A DNA stretch of 64,000 nucleotides from an uncultured Phycisphaerales bacterium (GCA_963755915.1 CAVWLP010000002.1:288001-352000), one strand, 5' to 3'; numbered from the stretch's first letter, positions 18,926 through 30,865 are shown. Made by a program: numbers and translations. The notes: a model not told the origin generated them from the sequence alone.

Positions 18926-20286
18926 ATGCAATCTATGAATCCCGCGACCGGGCAGGTGATAGCGTCTTATCCGGATCACACGCCGGAGGAGATTGAGAAG
19001 CGGCTTGGGGTTGCTGAAGCGGCTTTTGCGGAGTGGCGGGAGACGCCGCTTGCGGCGCGATCGGAGCTTTTCCGTCGGCTGGCGGCGTGTTTGAGAAAAT
19101 CGAGGGATTCGCTTTCGCGGACGATGACCGCGGAGATGGGCAAGCCGATCACCGCGTCGGAAGGCGAGGTGGAAAAGTGCGCGGGGGCTTGCGAATATTT
19201 CGCCGATCATGCGGGGGAATTTCTGGCGCCCAAAACGATTTCGTCGGATGCGTCGGAAAGTTTCGTGCGGTTTGATCCGATCGGGCCAGTGCTGGCGATC
19301 ATGCCGTGGAATTTTCCGCTCTGGCAGGTGATTCGATTTGCGGCGCCGGCGCTGATGGCGGGAAATGTGGGGCTGCTCAAGCATGCGCCGAATGTGCCGG
19401 GGTGTGCGATTGCGCTTGAGATAGTTTTTGCCGAAGCGGGATTTCCGGCCGGGGTTTTTTCGGCGCTGCTTATCTCCGACAACGCGGCGGCGGAGAATCT
19501 GATTTCGCACAATGCGGTTCGCGCGGTGACGCTGACCGGCAGCGAGCGCGCGGGCCGGGCGGTTGCTTCGGCAGCGGGGCGCGCTTCAAAAAGACCGTCA
19601 TGGAGCTTGGGGGATCGGACCCGTTCATCGTTCTGGCGGATACGGATATTGCCACCGTCGCGGCGCGTGCTGCCGAATCGCGCTGCATCAACAACGGGCA
19701 GAGTTGTATCGCGGCCAAGCGGTTCATCGTTGAGCGGGCGATTCTGGGCGAATTCGAAGGGGCGTTCATCGCGGCGATGGCGGGGATGAAAATCGGCGAC
19801 CCGATGGATCGGGCGACGCAGATCGGCCCGCTTGCCCGGCTCGATCTTCTGGAAACCCTTCACGACCAGGTTCGGCGGAGCATCGCCAAGGGGGCGAAAT
19901 TGAAATTGGGGGGGAAGCGCTGGGGCGACAAAGGATATTTTTATGAGCCGACTGTGCTGAGCGACGTTGGGCCCGGCATGGCGGCTTTTGATGAGGAGAC
20001 GTTCGGGCCGGTCGGGGCTGTCGTGGCCGCCGAGGATGCGGATGAGGCGGTCGCTCTCGCGAACGCGTCGCGGTATGGGCTGGGGGCGAGCATCTGGTCC
20101 AATAATCTGCAAAAAGCCCAATCGCTTGCTGCCCGGATTGAATCGGGGTCCGTTTTCATCAACGGGATCGTGAAATCGGACGCGCGGCTGCCGTTTGGCG
20201 GCGTGAAAAACAGCGGGTGGGGAAGGGAGCTGGGGTGTTTTGGGATTCAGGAGTTTGTAAACATCAAAACGGTGTGGGTTAAATGA
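18926..20286 (+). CDS. NAD(P)-dependent succinate-semialdehyde dehydrogenase (frameshift near 19580)
   Basis: IMPWNFP, TLTGSERAG, ELGGSDP, NNGQSCIAAKR and EETFGP motifs. Confidence 0.92.
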
Positions 20287-20394
20287 CGTGAGTCGGTTCG
20301 CGCGGTGAGTTAGCTCTTTTAACTTAATGTGGAAATCCCTGACGCCACAGGGTCTAATATCCCGTCGATAGAGTCAGGGGCCAAAGGAATATCG

Positions 20395-21529
20395 ATGTTT
20401 CGTCAAATGATCGTTGGTCTGTTTGCGGCCGGTTTTGTGGGTATGGCGGTGGTTTCCGGGTGCAATCGCGCCAGCGCCTCGGGCGGGTTTCAGATGCCGC
20501 CGCCGCAGGTGACGACGGCGCCCGTTGTGTTTCAGGATGTGCCGTCTTATCTGGATGAGATTGGGCGGACGACCGCGACGGAGGCCGTGAACATCGTGCC
20601 GCAGGTTTCGGGGCAGATTATTGAGCGATATTTTGAGGATGGGGCCGATCTGAAAAAGGGGCAGAAACTTTTCCTGATTGCGCAGACTCCGTTCGAGGCG
20701 CTTTTGGATCAGGCCTTGGCCGCGCGAGCAGGCTCAGGCCCAGCTCGAAAATGCGAAGACGAATTTCGATCGTGTCGCCAGCGAGCTGCCGAGCAAGGCC
20801 GTCTCCCAGCAGGACTACGACAACGCGAAGAACACCGTCGATGTCGGCCAGGCGAATGTGAAGGCGGCGCAGGCGCAGATCGAAACCGCGAAGTGGAATC
20901 TGGACAACTGCTCGATCGTTTCCCCCACCGACGGGCGAGCGGGGCAGCGGCTGGTTGACGTGGGCAACGTGGTGATGGCCAACAATACGAACCTCTTGAG
21001 CGTTCAGAAGATCGTGCCGATTTATGTGGATTTCACGGTGCCGGAGGATCAGCTCGACAGCGTGCGCGAGAATCTGGCGAAGGGGCCGCTGAAGGTGATT
21101 GTCAGTACGCCGGACCTTCCGGATCGGCAGATCGAGGGGAGCGTGAATTTTCTGGACAACTCGGTTCAGGACGGCACGGGAACGATTCGGCTGCGGGCGA
21201 CGGTTGCGAATTCGAATCGGCAGCTCTGGCCCGGTCAGTTTGTGAATGTGCGTTTGATCCTTACGACGTTGAACCACGCGATGTTGATCCCCAATGAAGC
21301 CGTGCAGATCGGGCAGCAGGGGCCGTTTGTGTTCATCGTGGGAAGCGACAACAAGGCGGATCAGCGCGATGTGACGCCGGGGCAGAGGCAGGGGGATATG
21401 GTGGTGATTACCAAGGGGTTGAAGGGTGATGAAAGCATTGTGCGCACGGGGCAGTTCATGCTGAATCCGGGAATGCAGGTAATCATTGTGAATGCCGCGG
21501 CGCCTTCCGCGCCGGGAGCCGGTACATGA
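20395..21529 (+). CDS. RND efflux periplasmic adaptor (frameshift near 20720)
   Basis: Lipoprotein signal; PQVSGQI, IVSPTDGRAG and LWPGQFVNVRL motifs. Confidence 0.9.
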
Positions 21530-24500
21530 ATCTCTCCGAGCCGTTTATTCGTCGGCCGGCGATGACGACGCTGCTGACGGTCACGTGCATTTTGTTTGGG
21601 GTGATGGCGTATCGCGCGCTGCCGGTGAACGATCTGCCGGCGGTGGATTACCCGGTGATCCAGGCGACGGTGAGTTATCCGGGGGCGAGCCCGCAAACGA
21701 TGGCGGCGAACTGCGCCACGCCGCTGGAAAAGCAGTTCATGCAGATTCCGGGGCTGCAGGTTGTGACCAGCTCGAGCCAACAGGGGATTACGAATTTCGT
21801 TCTTCAGTTTGATCTGAGCAAGAGCATCGACGCGGCGGCGACGGATGTACAGGCGGCGATTACGCAGGCGCAGGGGAGCTTGCCGACGGATTTGCCATCG
21901 CCGCCGACGTTTACCAAGACGAACCCGAACGATCAGCCGATTCAGTACATCGCGCTGACGAGCAATTCGGTGACGGCGGGGCAGATTTACGATTATGCGA
22001 GCACGGAGGTTTCGCAGCGGATGAGCATTCTTCCGGGCGTTTCGCGGGTGGCGGTGTATGGGTCGAAGGCGGCGGTGCGGATCGACGCGAATCCATCGGC
22101 GCTGGCGATTCGCGGGATGACGATGAACGACCTCGCGACCGCCATTCGCGCGGGGACCAGTTACCAGGGCGCCGGGCAGTTTGACGGGCCGCACATGACC
22201 TTCCTGCTTCAGCCGCAGGGGCAACTGAATGACGCGGAAGACTATCGCAAGCTGGTGATCGCTTTCCGCGGTGGGAATCCGGTTTATCTGGGAGACGTGG
22301 CGCAGGTGAAGGACACCGTCGAAGACGAGCGGATGAACATGCACTTCTGGGTGCGCGATGTCACCGTTCCGACGGCCACGGTCGTCCTGGCGGTTTTTCG
22401 GCAGGCGGGGTCGAACGCGGTCGAGGTGGCCAAGAGCGTGCGCGATCTGATCCCGGTAATTCAGACCCAGCTTCCGCCATCGGTGAGACTGACGCTGATT
22501 TACGACCGGTCGGCATCGATCGTCAATTCGGCCAAGGACGTGCAGGAGACGCTGGTGATTGCGTTTGTCCTGGTCGTGTTGGTGATTTTCGCCTTCCTGG
22601 GGCGGGCGGCGGATACGCTGATTCCGGTCGTGGCGCTGCCGCTTTCGCTGCTGATCACGTTCATCGTGATGCAGATGCTGGGGTACAGCCTGGACAATCT
22701 TTCGCTTATGGCGCTCACGCTGGCGATTGGATTTCTGGTGGATGACGCCATTGTGTTTCTGGAAAACACGGTGAGCCGGATGGAGCATGGGGAGGGGCCA
22801 TTGGTGGCCTCGATCAACAGCGCCAAGCAGATCAGCTTTACGATTTTGTCGATGACGATTTCGCTGGCGGTGGTGTTTTTGCCGCTGGTGTTCATGCCGG
22901 GGCTGGTGGGGCGAATCTTCCGCGAGTTTGCGATTACGATCGTTGTTTCGATCTTCGCATCGGGCATCGTTTCGCTGACGCTGACGCCGATGATGTGCTC
23001 GCGCATGCTGGCGATGCGCGGCAAGGAGCATCACAAGACGCTCATGGAGCGGATCGGCAACTATGTCATCGACCGGGTGCTGACGGTCTATGGAGATTCG
23101 CTCACCTGGTTCCTGAACCACCGGCCGATCTCGCTGATCATCTGGATCGCGACGCTGGTGGGGACGGTCTGGCTGCTGATGAATATTCCCAAATCATTTT
23201 TGCCGATTGGGGACAGTAGTTTGGCGTTTGGAGTGATGATTGCCAAGCAGGGAGCGTCGCCCGAGCAGATGCATACGTACCAGGACCAGGCGGACAAGAT
23301 CATTCGGGCCGATCCGGCGGTGCATGTGAGCTTTACGCTGACGGGGCTGTCGCAGTTTCTGCCGCCGAACCAGGGATTTCTGATTGCGTTTTTATATCCC
23401 CCGACCCAGCGGCCGCCGATTGCAATGGTTACCGGCATGTTAATGGGGAAGCTGCATGCGGTGCTGAATACGCTTTCGGTGATGACGCCGCAGCCGGTGC
23501 TTCAGATCAGCACGGGGGCGACGGCAACGCAATTGGGCGACAATGCCTATGCCGTCTCCGGCATCGACAGGGATGAGGTCGATCTGACGGCGATGAAAAT
23601 GATGGGGGCGATGTCGAAGTTTACCTATAACGGGCACATGGGGTTCGCGAGCATTCAGCCGGACCTTTATAACGAGACTCCGTTCCTTCAGATCGACATT
23701 TTGCGCGATCAGGCGTCGACCTACGGCATCTCGGCGACGGCGATCGAAAACACGCTGAGCCAGGCTTATTCGCAGAACTATGTCTACCTGATCAAGAAAC
23801 CGGAGGATCAATTCCAGGTGATTCTTGAGACCAGCGCGAGTGATCGGTCGCTGCCGATGGATCTTTCGCTTCTGTACGTTCGCACGGACGACGGGCAGCG
23901 GATCGTGCCGCTGTCGGCGGTGGCGAAGTGGCATGAGATTCTTGGGCCGCAGTCGGTGAATCACATCAATCAATTTGCGTCAGTGACGATTTACTTTAAT
24001 CTCCCGCCCGATGTGCCACTGAGCGCGGCGACGGATTATATTAACAAGGCGGCGGCAACGATCGTTCCGGCGGGAATTCGCGGGAGCCTGCAGGGCAAGG
24101 CCAAGGACTTCGCCGATACGATTTCGTCGCTGGCGATTTTGATGCTACTGGCTGTATTCGTGATGTATGTCGTGCTGGGCATTCTTTACGAGAGCTACAT
24201 TCATCCGATCACGGTGCTGTCATCCCTGCCGGTCGCACTCGTTGGCGGTTTGCTCACCCTCTTCCTCTTCGGCGAAGAGGCGTCCCTCTACGCCTACATC
24301 GGCATGTTCATGCTCATGGGGATCGTCAAGAAAAACGGCATCATGATGATCGACTTCGCGCTTCAGCGCATGGCCCAGGGGCAGAACAGCGTGGACGCGA
24401 TCCACGACGCCAGCATGAACCGCTTCCGGCCGATCATGATGACGACGCTGGCGGCCCTAATGGGGGCGTTGCCGATTGCGCTGGGGTTTGGCGCGGATGG

Positions 24501-24756
24501 TGCTTCGCGCCGGCCGCTGGGGCTCGTGATCGTCGGCGGGTTGATCGTTTCGCAGTTCATTACGCTCTACATCACGCCGGTGATTTACCTTTACCTGGAG
24601 CAATTCCAGGAGCGGGTGCTGAATCGCACCAGCTTTTTCCATTCCGTTCGCCATGTCACGGCCGAAGGCGTCGCCGTCATGGGCCACGACGTGAATGGAA
24701 ATGGCAACGGTGCAGGCGCGGAATCTCCTGAAGCACAGATCACCTCTCATAAATGA
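21526..24756 (+). CDS. RND efflux permease (MdtB/C-like)
   Basis: FIRRP, GFLVDDAIVFLEN, GIVKKNGIMMIDFA and RFRPIMMTT motifs. Confidence 0.95.
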   Translation: MNLSEPFIRRPAMTTLLTVTCILFGVMAYRALPVNDLPAVDYPVIQATVSYPGASPQTMAANCATPLEKQFMQIPGLQVVTSSSQQGITNFVLQFDLSKSIDAAATDVQAAITQAQGSLPTDLPSPPTFTKTNPNDQPIQYIALTSNSVTAGQIYDYASTEVSQRMSILPGVSRVAVYGSKAAVRIDANPSALAIRGMTMNDLATAIRAGTSYQGAGQFDGPHMTFLLQPQGQLNDAEDYRKLVIAFRGGNPVYLGDVAQVKDTVEDERMNMHFWVRDVTVPTATVVLAVFRQAGSNAVEVAKSVRDLIPVIQTQLPPSVRLTLIYDRSASIVNSAKDVQETLVIAFVLVVLVIFAFLGRAADTLIPVVALPLSLLITFIVMQMLGYSLDNLSLMALTLAIGFLVDDAIVFLENTVSRMEHGEGPLVASINSAKQISFTILSMTISLAVVFLPLVFMPGLVGRIFREFAITIVVSIFASGIVSLTLTPMMCSRMLAMRGKEHHKTLMERIGNYVIDRVLTVYGDSLTWFLNHRPISLIIWIATLVGTVWLLMNIPKSFLPIGDSSLAFGVMIAKQGASPEQMHTYQDQADKIIRADPAVHVSFTLTGLSQFLPPNQGFLIAFLYPPTQRPPIAMVTGMLMGKLHAVLNTLSVMTPQPVLQISTGATATQLGDNAYAVSGIDRDEVDLTAMKMMGAMSKFTYNGHMGFASIQPDLYNETPFLQIDILRDQASTYGISATAIENTLSQAYSQNYVYLIKKPEDQFQVILETSASDRSLPMDLSLLYVRTDDGQRIVPLSAVAKWHEILGPQSVNHINQFASVTIYFNLPPDVPLSAATDYINKAAATIVPAGIRGSLQGKAKDFADTISSLAILMLLAVFVMYVVLGILYESYIHPITVLSSLPVALVGGLLTLFLFGEEASLYAYIGMFMLMGIVKKNGIMMIDFALQRMAQGQNSVDAIHDASMNRFRPIMMTTLAALMGALPIALGFGADGASRRPLGLVIVGGLIVSQFITLYITPVIYLYLEQFQERVLNRTSFFHSVRHVTAEGVAVMGHDVNGNGNGAGAESPEAQITSHK

Positions 24757-24896
24757 CGGATTGCCGAGTTTCGAATTTCACTTTAAAATTTCAGATTTGA
24801 GATTTCCCATTTTTTCTGAAACCCGCCGAGCCCGCCGCGCATATTGATTGCATCGGGAGCGCAAGGATCCTTCGAACCACCATCGGAGATCCCCCT

Positions 24897-26081
24897 ATGC
24901 CGGCCCAACCCACCGCCCGCTCGATTCTGCGGTCTTTCCTCGATTCCAACCCATTTTACCTGATCAGCGCCTGCTGCATGCTGGCAGGGTGTTTGGCGCT
25001 CACCAATTCGCTCTCCTGGCTGAGCATCTCCACCAATCGCCTTCTGGTGCTGATTACGACGCTTAACATTTATGAAGCGTCGGTCCTCGCGCTGGCCGCC
25101 TATCTGCTTCTTTATCGCGGGCTGCGCCACGACGGGATGATGCTGGTGATGGTCGAGGCGTTTTTCTTCATCGACATCACCTTCCTCAACGCGGAAATCT
25201 CCACGCAGAAATCGTGGATCGGGCCGCTGGTGGCGCTTTTGTGCTTCCTGGCGGCGATCGCGAAGCTGGCGGTCATCATGCGCATCCTCGGCGCCCGCCG
25301 GCGCTACGCGGAATTCGTCTTCATCCTGATCCAGATTGCCGGGATCCTTGCCCTGCCGATTCTTTTCGGGCGGACGCCGGACGGGCGGGTTTCGCCGATG
25401 GCGTTTTACGCGGGGTGGTGGATCGTGGGGCTCATGCCGGCGGTTTACAGGTTTCTCGCGCGATATCTGGCCTCGGATGGGGAGGCTTCGCCGCTGACGC
25501 CGTCCCTTATCGTCTTTACGGTTTTGCCGACGCTTTCGCTGGCGGCGCATCTTGGCATCCTGCACTACGTTTACGACGTGCCGTTTTACGGCGCGATGGC
25601 GGCGCCAGCGCTGCTCGCCCTGACGATGATTCTGAGCTTCGCGCAAAACTCGCTGCCGATGCCGCGCAAGGACATTGTGCTGCTGCAGATTCTTCTGCCG
25701 ATCGCGGCGATCATTGTCTCCGCGAGCTGTCCGGGCGAGCTGACGATTTACACCGGCCGCATCGGGCATGTCTTCGTCACGACGCTGCGGCTGACGACCA
25801 TCGCGGCTTATCTTGATCTGACGTACTGCTTCCTGCGGCCGTACTGGCTCTGGTCCCTAGCGGCCGGAGCGACGGCGATTCTCGCGATCGACTATGGCCC
25901 GACCGCCGATCAGATCGGCCACTGGTACGTTCGACTCTGGAACGCTTTTTTGAAAGAGGTGGTGGACCTGATTCCTACGACGCCGGAAAGCTGGGGGACG
26001 GTGCTGGTGGCCTTCGCGTTTATTTTTTTGGCGGTGGGGGCTATTGTCAGCCTCCGCAGATCACCCCCGCCCCCCGTGTAG
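24897..26081 (+). CDS. Polytopic membrane hypothetical protein
   Basis: 394 aa with many hydrophobic segments. Confidence 0.75.
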   Translation: MPAQPTARSILRSFLDSNPFYLISACCMLAGCLALTNSLSWLSISTNRLLVLITTLNIYEASVLALAAYLLLYRGLRHDGMMLVMVEAFFFIDITFLNAEISTQKSWIGPLVALLCFLAAIAKLAVIMRILGARRRYAEFVFILIQIAGILALPILFGRTPDGRVSPMAFYAGWWIVGLMPAVYRFLARYLASDGEASPLTPSLIVFTVLPTLSLAAHLGILHYVYDVPFYGAMAAPALLALTMILSFAQNSLPMPRKDIVLLQILLPIAAIIVSASCPGELTIYTGRIGHVFVTTLRLTTIAAYLDLTYCFLRPYWLWSLAAGATAILAIDYGPTADQIGHWYVRLWNAFLKEVVDLIPTTPESWGTVLVAFAFIFLAVGAIVSLRRSPPPPV

Positions 26082-26122
26082 GCGAGGGCAGTCGTGTGTA
26101 ATCAAGCACGTTTTTTCCAAGG

Positions 26123-26162
26123 CCCTCACCCCAACCCTCTCCCGGCGTACCGGGCGAGGGGG
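26123..26162. repeat. Palindromic repeat family A
   Basis: ccctcaccccaaccctctcccggcgtaccgggcgaggggg. Confidence 0.85.
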
Positions 26163-26217
26163 TAAGAGGGGGGCGAGACTTGCCCGACGAGCCTCCTGCA
26201 AATAGATTACTCTTTCC

Positions 26218-26637
26218 ATGACCCTCACCCTCCTCGCCCAGCAGCAACCCCTCTCCCCCGTCGGCTCCTGGATGCCGGTCGTTTTGCTGATCATCATCGG
26301 CGTCGGCTTTTCCGCCATGAATATCGCCCTTTCCATCTGGGTCGGCCCCAGTCGAACCGGGCCCGGCAAGGAAACGACGTACGAAAGCGGGATGGTGCCC
26401 ATCGGGGACGCGAGAAAGCGGTTCAACGTCCGGTTCTATATCGTGGCCATGATTTTCCTGGTGTTCGACGTGGAAATCGTCTTTTTCTACCCCTGGGCCA
26501 CGATTTTCGCCCAGCATGTGCGCAAGGACACCAGCTCCAACGGCTGGATTCTGCTGATGGAAATGATCACCTTCGTGGTGATCCTGCTTGTGGCTTATAT
26601 TTACGCCTGGGGTAAAGGCGTATTTCGTTGGGATTAA
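26218..26637 (+). CDS. nuoA: NADH-quinone oxidoreductase subunit A
   Basis: YESG, RFYIVAMIFLVFDVE and YAWGKGVFRW motifs. Confidence 0.95.
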   Translation: MTLTLLAQQQPLSPVGSWMPVVLLIIIGVGFSAMNIALSIWVGPSRTGPGKETTYESGMVPIGDARKRFNVRFYIVAMIFLVFDVEIVFFYPWATIFAQHVRKDTSSNGWILLMEMITFVVILLVAYIYAWGKGVFRWD

Positions 26638-26667
26638 TGCCGATATTTGTTCTATAATTGAGCACCC

Positions 26668-27237
26668 ATGGACACGCAGACGTTGCCCGACAATTTCCTG
26701 ACCACGCAGCTTAAGAAGGTCGTCAACTGGGCGCGGCGCAGCTCGCTTTGGCCGATGCCGTTCGCGACCGCCTGCTGCGGGATCGAGCTGATGGCGACTG
26801 CCTCGAGCCGGTATGACCTCGCCCGCTTCGGCGCCGAGGCGATGCGCTTCAGCCCCCGGCAGAGCGATCTGCTGATCGTCGCGGGGCGGGTGACCAGCAA
26901 GATGATGCCCGTGCTTCAGCATATTTATCAGCAGATGACCGAGCCCAAGTGGGTCATCAGCATGGGAGCTTGTGCGAGCACGGGCGGTGTGTTTGACGTT
27001 TATGCGACGATTCAGGGGATCGACCAGTTTATGCCGGTGGATGTTTACGTGCCTGGCTGCCCGCCGCGGCCGGAAACGTTGATCGAGGGGATCATGGCCA
27101 TCCAGCGGATCATCGACGAAGACGGGCTTCCGCCAGCGGGAAAGCGCCGGCCGCTGCAGTTGGCGATCGAGCCGAGCTATGCTCCGCACCCCCAGCCTGT
27201 GGGCATTCCTGTCACAATCGGCGGCAAGTCGCTCTGA
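26668..27237 (+). CDS. nuoB: NADH-quinone oxidoreductase subunit B
   Basis: TACCGIE, SPRQSD, SMGACA and PGCPPRPE motifs. Confidence 0.96.
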   Translation: MDTQTLPDNFLTTQLKKVVNWARRSSLWPMPFATACCGIELMATASSRYDLARFGAEAMRFSPRQSDLLIVAGRVTSKMMPVLQHIYQQMTEPKWVISMGACASTGGVFDVYATIQGIDQFMPVDVYVPGCPPRPETLIEGIMAIQRIIDEDGLPPAGKRRPLQLAIEPSYAPHPQPVGIPVTIGGKSL

Positions 27238-27252
27238 TCAATTCCAGCGCAT

Positions 27253-27301
27253 AAAAAAAGCGAGCTGCGAGAGATGGCTCCATCCGGCTCGCAAGCTCGC
27301 T
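27253..27301. terminator. Hairpin between convergent genes (U-tract on the minus strand)
   Basis: A7-gcgagctgcgag...ctcgcaagctcgct. Confidence 0.6.
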
Positions 27302-27325
27302 GCGTCATTAGCGATTCAAACACAA

Positions 27326-27550
27326 TTATCGATGCCAGTCGTTCGGATCGTCATGGAAGGTGTTGTGTTCGTCGGTCCACCCGCCGTGCCAGGCGTGGCT
27401 GTCGTCGTAGTATCCCTTGTGGTGATACCCCTGGGCATCCACGATATCGACCTGCTCGTGATCATGGCGATACATGCAGCCGCTGGAGAGGCTCATTAAA
27501 ACGCCGGCTGTCACGCTGGCCGCCACGACTCCTTGAAGAATGTTTCTCAT
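27326..27550 (-). CDS. Small His/Asp-rich lipoprotein
   Basis: RBS GAGGAG; lipobox LSSGC; paralog of the adjacent gene. Confidence 0.75.
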   Translation of the reverse strand: MRNILQGVVAASVTAGVLMSLSSGCMYRHDHEQVDIVDAQGYHHKGYYDDSHAWHGGWTDEHNTFHDDPNDWHR

Positions 27551-27573
27551 GTCGCTTCGCTCCTCGCCAACAA

Positions 27574-27613
27574 AGTTGCGAGTTGCAAGCGGATTTGCTT
27601 GCAACTCGCAACT
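27574..27613. repeat. Perfect 17-bp inverted repeat
   Basis: agttgcgagttgcaagc-ggattt-gcttgcaactcgcaact. Confidence 0.8.
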
Positions 27614-27629
27614 GGCAATTCACCCACAA

Positions 27630-27887
27630 TCAGCGGTGCCAATCGTTTCTATCCGCGTGATAGACGTGGCCGCTGTCGTAATATCCTCCGTGCCAATTAT
27701 GGTGATCGTCGTAATACCCATGATGGTGATATCCATAGGCATCGACGACGTCGACCTGGGCGCCGATAACGAAGCCGGGTGGCGGCGGCGGTCCTGGGGC
27801 CACGACGGTGGCCTCGCAGGCCCACAGCATCGACATCGCACCCACAGCCAGCATTGCCGTTGTCGCTTTGCGTAATGTGCTTCTCAT
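27630..27887 (-). CDS. Small His/Asp-rich lipoprotein
   Basis: RBS AAGGAG; lipobox LWAC; GYHHHGYYDDHHNWHGGYY. Confidence 0.75.
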   Translation of the reverse strand: MRSTLRKATTAMLAVGAMSMLWACEATVVAPGPPPPPGFVIGAQVDVVDAYGYHHHGYYDDHHNWHGGYYDSGHVYHADRNDWHR

Positions 27888-27986
27888 GTAAGCTCCTTTC
27901 TATGTAACAACGTACCTACAGAGTAAACCCCGGCGAGCTGAGCTGTGAACGGGCAAAATTAAGGTTTTTGGGCGGAGATTAAAGGA

Positions 27987-30436
27987 CTATTTTCTGGCCC
28001 GCGCCATTTTGCCGGGCTTAGCCGCGACATTTTTCCGCGTTACCGCCCCCAGGGCGATTTTCAGGACCTGGTCGATGTTTTCGACGAAATGGAACTTCAG
28101 CGTGTCGCGAACCTCGGGGGGAAGATCGGGCAAATCGCGCTCGTTGCGCTTGGGAACGATAACTTCTTTGATCCCCGCTCGCTTGGCCGCCAGCGTCTTT
28201 TCCTTCAACCCGCCGATGGGCAGAACCAATCCGCGCAGGGTGATCTCGCCGGTCATCGCGACGTCGTGCCGGACGGGCTTATTGAGCATCAGCGACGCCA
28301 GCGCCGTGAACATCGCCACGCCGGCGCTGGGGCCGTCTTTGGGGACGGCGCCCTGCGGCACGTGGATGTGAATGTCACTCTCGGCGACGAGTTTCGGATC
28401 GATCCCCAGGCTCTGCGACCGCGAGCGGATCAGGCTGTAGGCGGCCGTCGCGGATTCTTTCATCACCTCGCCAATCTGGCCCGTGAGAGTGATCGTTCCG
28501 CGCCCGGCATGCGGGTGGCTTCGATAAACAGGATTTCCCCGCCCACAGGCGTGTAGGCCAAACCCGTGGCCACGCCCGCCACGCTCGTGCGGCTGGCAAG
28601 CTCCGGGTCGAATTTTCGCGGGCCGAGGATTTCGCTCACCCGCTCCTTGGTGATGGTGGCTTTCTGTGCTTTGCCTTCGACGATGTCGGCGGCCACGGAG
28701 CGGGCGATCGCGCCGATCTGCCGCTCGAGATTTCGCACCCCCGCCTCGCGGGTGTAGCCTTCGATGATCCACATCAGCGCCTGGTCCTGGAATTTCACAT
28801 CCTTGATCGGGACGCCGTTGGCTTCCAGTTGGCGCGGGACGAGGTATCGGCGGGCGATGTCGAGCTTGTCGCTGTTGGTGTAGCCGGGGATTTCGATCAC
28901 TTCCATGCGGTCGCGCAGGGGACCGGGCACCGGGTCCATCGTGTTGGCGGTGGCGATGAACAGAACGTGGGATAGATCGAACGGCACGTCGAGGTAGTGA
29001 TCGGTGAAGGTGTGATTTTGTGCGGGGTCGAGGACTTCCAGCAGGGCGGCCGCGGGATCGCCGCGGAAATCGGCGCCGACTTTGTCGATTTCATCGAGCA
29101 TCATGACGGGGTTTCGCGTACCGGCCTTGCGAAGCTCGGCGATGATCCGCCCGGGCATGGAGCCGATGTAGGTGCGGCGATGGCCGCGGATATCGGCTTC
29201 ATCGCGCACACCGCCGAGGGCGACGCGGATGAATTTCCGTCCCATCGCCTCGGCAATGCTTTTGCCGAGCGAAGTTTTGCCGACGCCCGGCGGGCCGACG
29301 AAGCAGAGGATCGCCCCGCCGCCATCGGGCTTCAGTTTTCGCACGGCCAGGTATTCGAGGATTCGGCGTTTCACCTTTTCCAGGTCGTGATGATCGCGGT
29401 CCAGGATCTTGCGCGCCTCTTTGAGGTCGATCTTGTCGGTCGTCATGACCGACCAGGGCAACTCGCTGACGATCTGGAGATAGGTCCGGATCACGCCGTA
29501 TTCGGGACTGGCGCTGGGGATGGTGTCGAGCCGGTTCAGCTCGCGGGTCGCTTCCTTCATCACCGCTTCGGGAAGCTGCGCCGCCTCCAGCCGCTGACGC
29601 AGCGTATCAAGCTCGCTGCCGCCACCGGCGGATTCGCTGTCGCCCAGTTCCTTGCGGATGGCCTTGAGCTGCTCCTGCAGATAGTACCGCCGCTGGCTCT
29701 TGTCGATGTTTTCCTTCACCTGCGACTGGATTTTGTTCTGAAGCTCCAGCACGTCGAGCTGGGTCGCCAGGCGGGAGGCGATGATTTGCAGACGCTTCTC
29801 GACGTCGGTTTCATCGAGCATCCGCTGTTTTTCGGCGATGTCGTCTTTTTCGATCGGCAGGTTGGCGGCCAGAAAATCCGCCAGCGCCGAGGGCGTCGTG
29901 ATGCTGTTGAGCACCTGCGCCGCTTCGTCCGGCGTGTTGGGGGAAAGCTCGATCACTCGATTCGCCTGCTGGCGAACCGATGCCACGAGAGCGTCGAGCT
30001 GTGTGCCCGGCGAGAGAACGTCTTCGAGCACCTCGATCCGCCCCATCGCGAAAGGCTCGGTCTGTTCGATCCCCAGCAGCCGGAAGCGGACCAGGCCATG
30101 CACGATGATTGATTGGTTGCCGTCCGGCAGCTTGAAGAGCTTCAGGATCATGCACGCCGTGCCGACCGTGAACAGATCGCCGTTGCCGGGATCCTCCACC
30201 TCGGCGTTTTTCTGGGTCACCACGCCGATCAATTTTTCGGCGGGCATCACCTCATCGAGGAGGTTCTTGCTCTTCTGGCGTCCCACGTTCAGCGGCATAA
30301 CCGTGCCGGGGAAAACCACGATGTTCCGGATCGGCAGGATGGGAATCAGGCTGGGGATGGAGAGCGACTGCCCATTGCCGGCCGTGCGGATTACCGTCGC
30401 CGTCGGACTCCGTTCAATGACTTGTGATTCGGACAT
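27987..30436 (-). CDS. lon: Lon protease (frameshift near 28500)
   Basis: LON N-domain; [14 protein letters not shown] and PKDGPSAG motifs. Confidence 0.96.
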
Positions 30437-30439
30437 TTT

Positions 30440-30865
30440 TTAATGTTTCTTAGGCAGTTCGATCCAAAGCATGCCGTCGCGATACCGCGCGTTGATGCGC
30501 TCGTGATGCACGTCCTGCGGCAACTCAACGTCCCGCACAAAGGCCCCGTGATCGATTTCCATCAGGTGAACCCTCACCCGCTCGCCCGGCGCCGTCGTGC
30601 TGTCAGCCCTCATCGGCACAATTCGATTCCCCTGAAGCCGCAGCCGCCCGTCGGCGACTTCAATGTCGATCTTCTCCTTGTCCACGCCGGCGAGGTCCAC
30701 GCAAACCAGGTAGGCCGAATCGCTCTCGTAGAGATTCACGCTCGGCTGCCAGGTTTCGTTGGAAAAATAGCTGTAGTAACCCTTGTTCTGGACCTGCTCC
30801 AGAAGCTTGTTGGGGGTGTGCGAGGGATTCCTGCCGGGCTTCTCAGTGCATCGGATGGCTACCAT
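30440..30865 (-). CDS. Hsp20/alpha-crystallin protein
   Basis: WQPSVNLYE and ARYRDGMLWIELPK motifs; upstream of lon. Confidence 0.92.
   Translation of the reverse strand: MVAIRCTEKPGRNPSHTPNKLLEQVQNKGYYSYFSNETWQPSVNLYESDSAYLVCVDLAGVDKEKIDIEVADGRLRLQGNRIVPMRADSTTAPGERVRVHLMEIDHGAFVRDVELPQDVHHERINARYRDGMLWIELPKKH

Noticed and set aside
21361-23121. Long antisense ORFs (also 11559-12947, 34068-35327, 38166-39530)
   Set aside because: These are shadow frames of GC-rich genes with no recognisable motifs.
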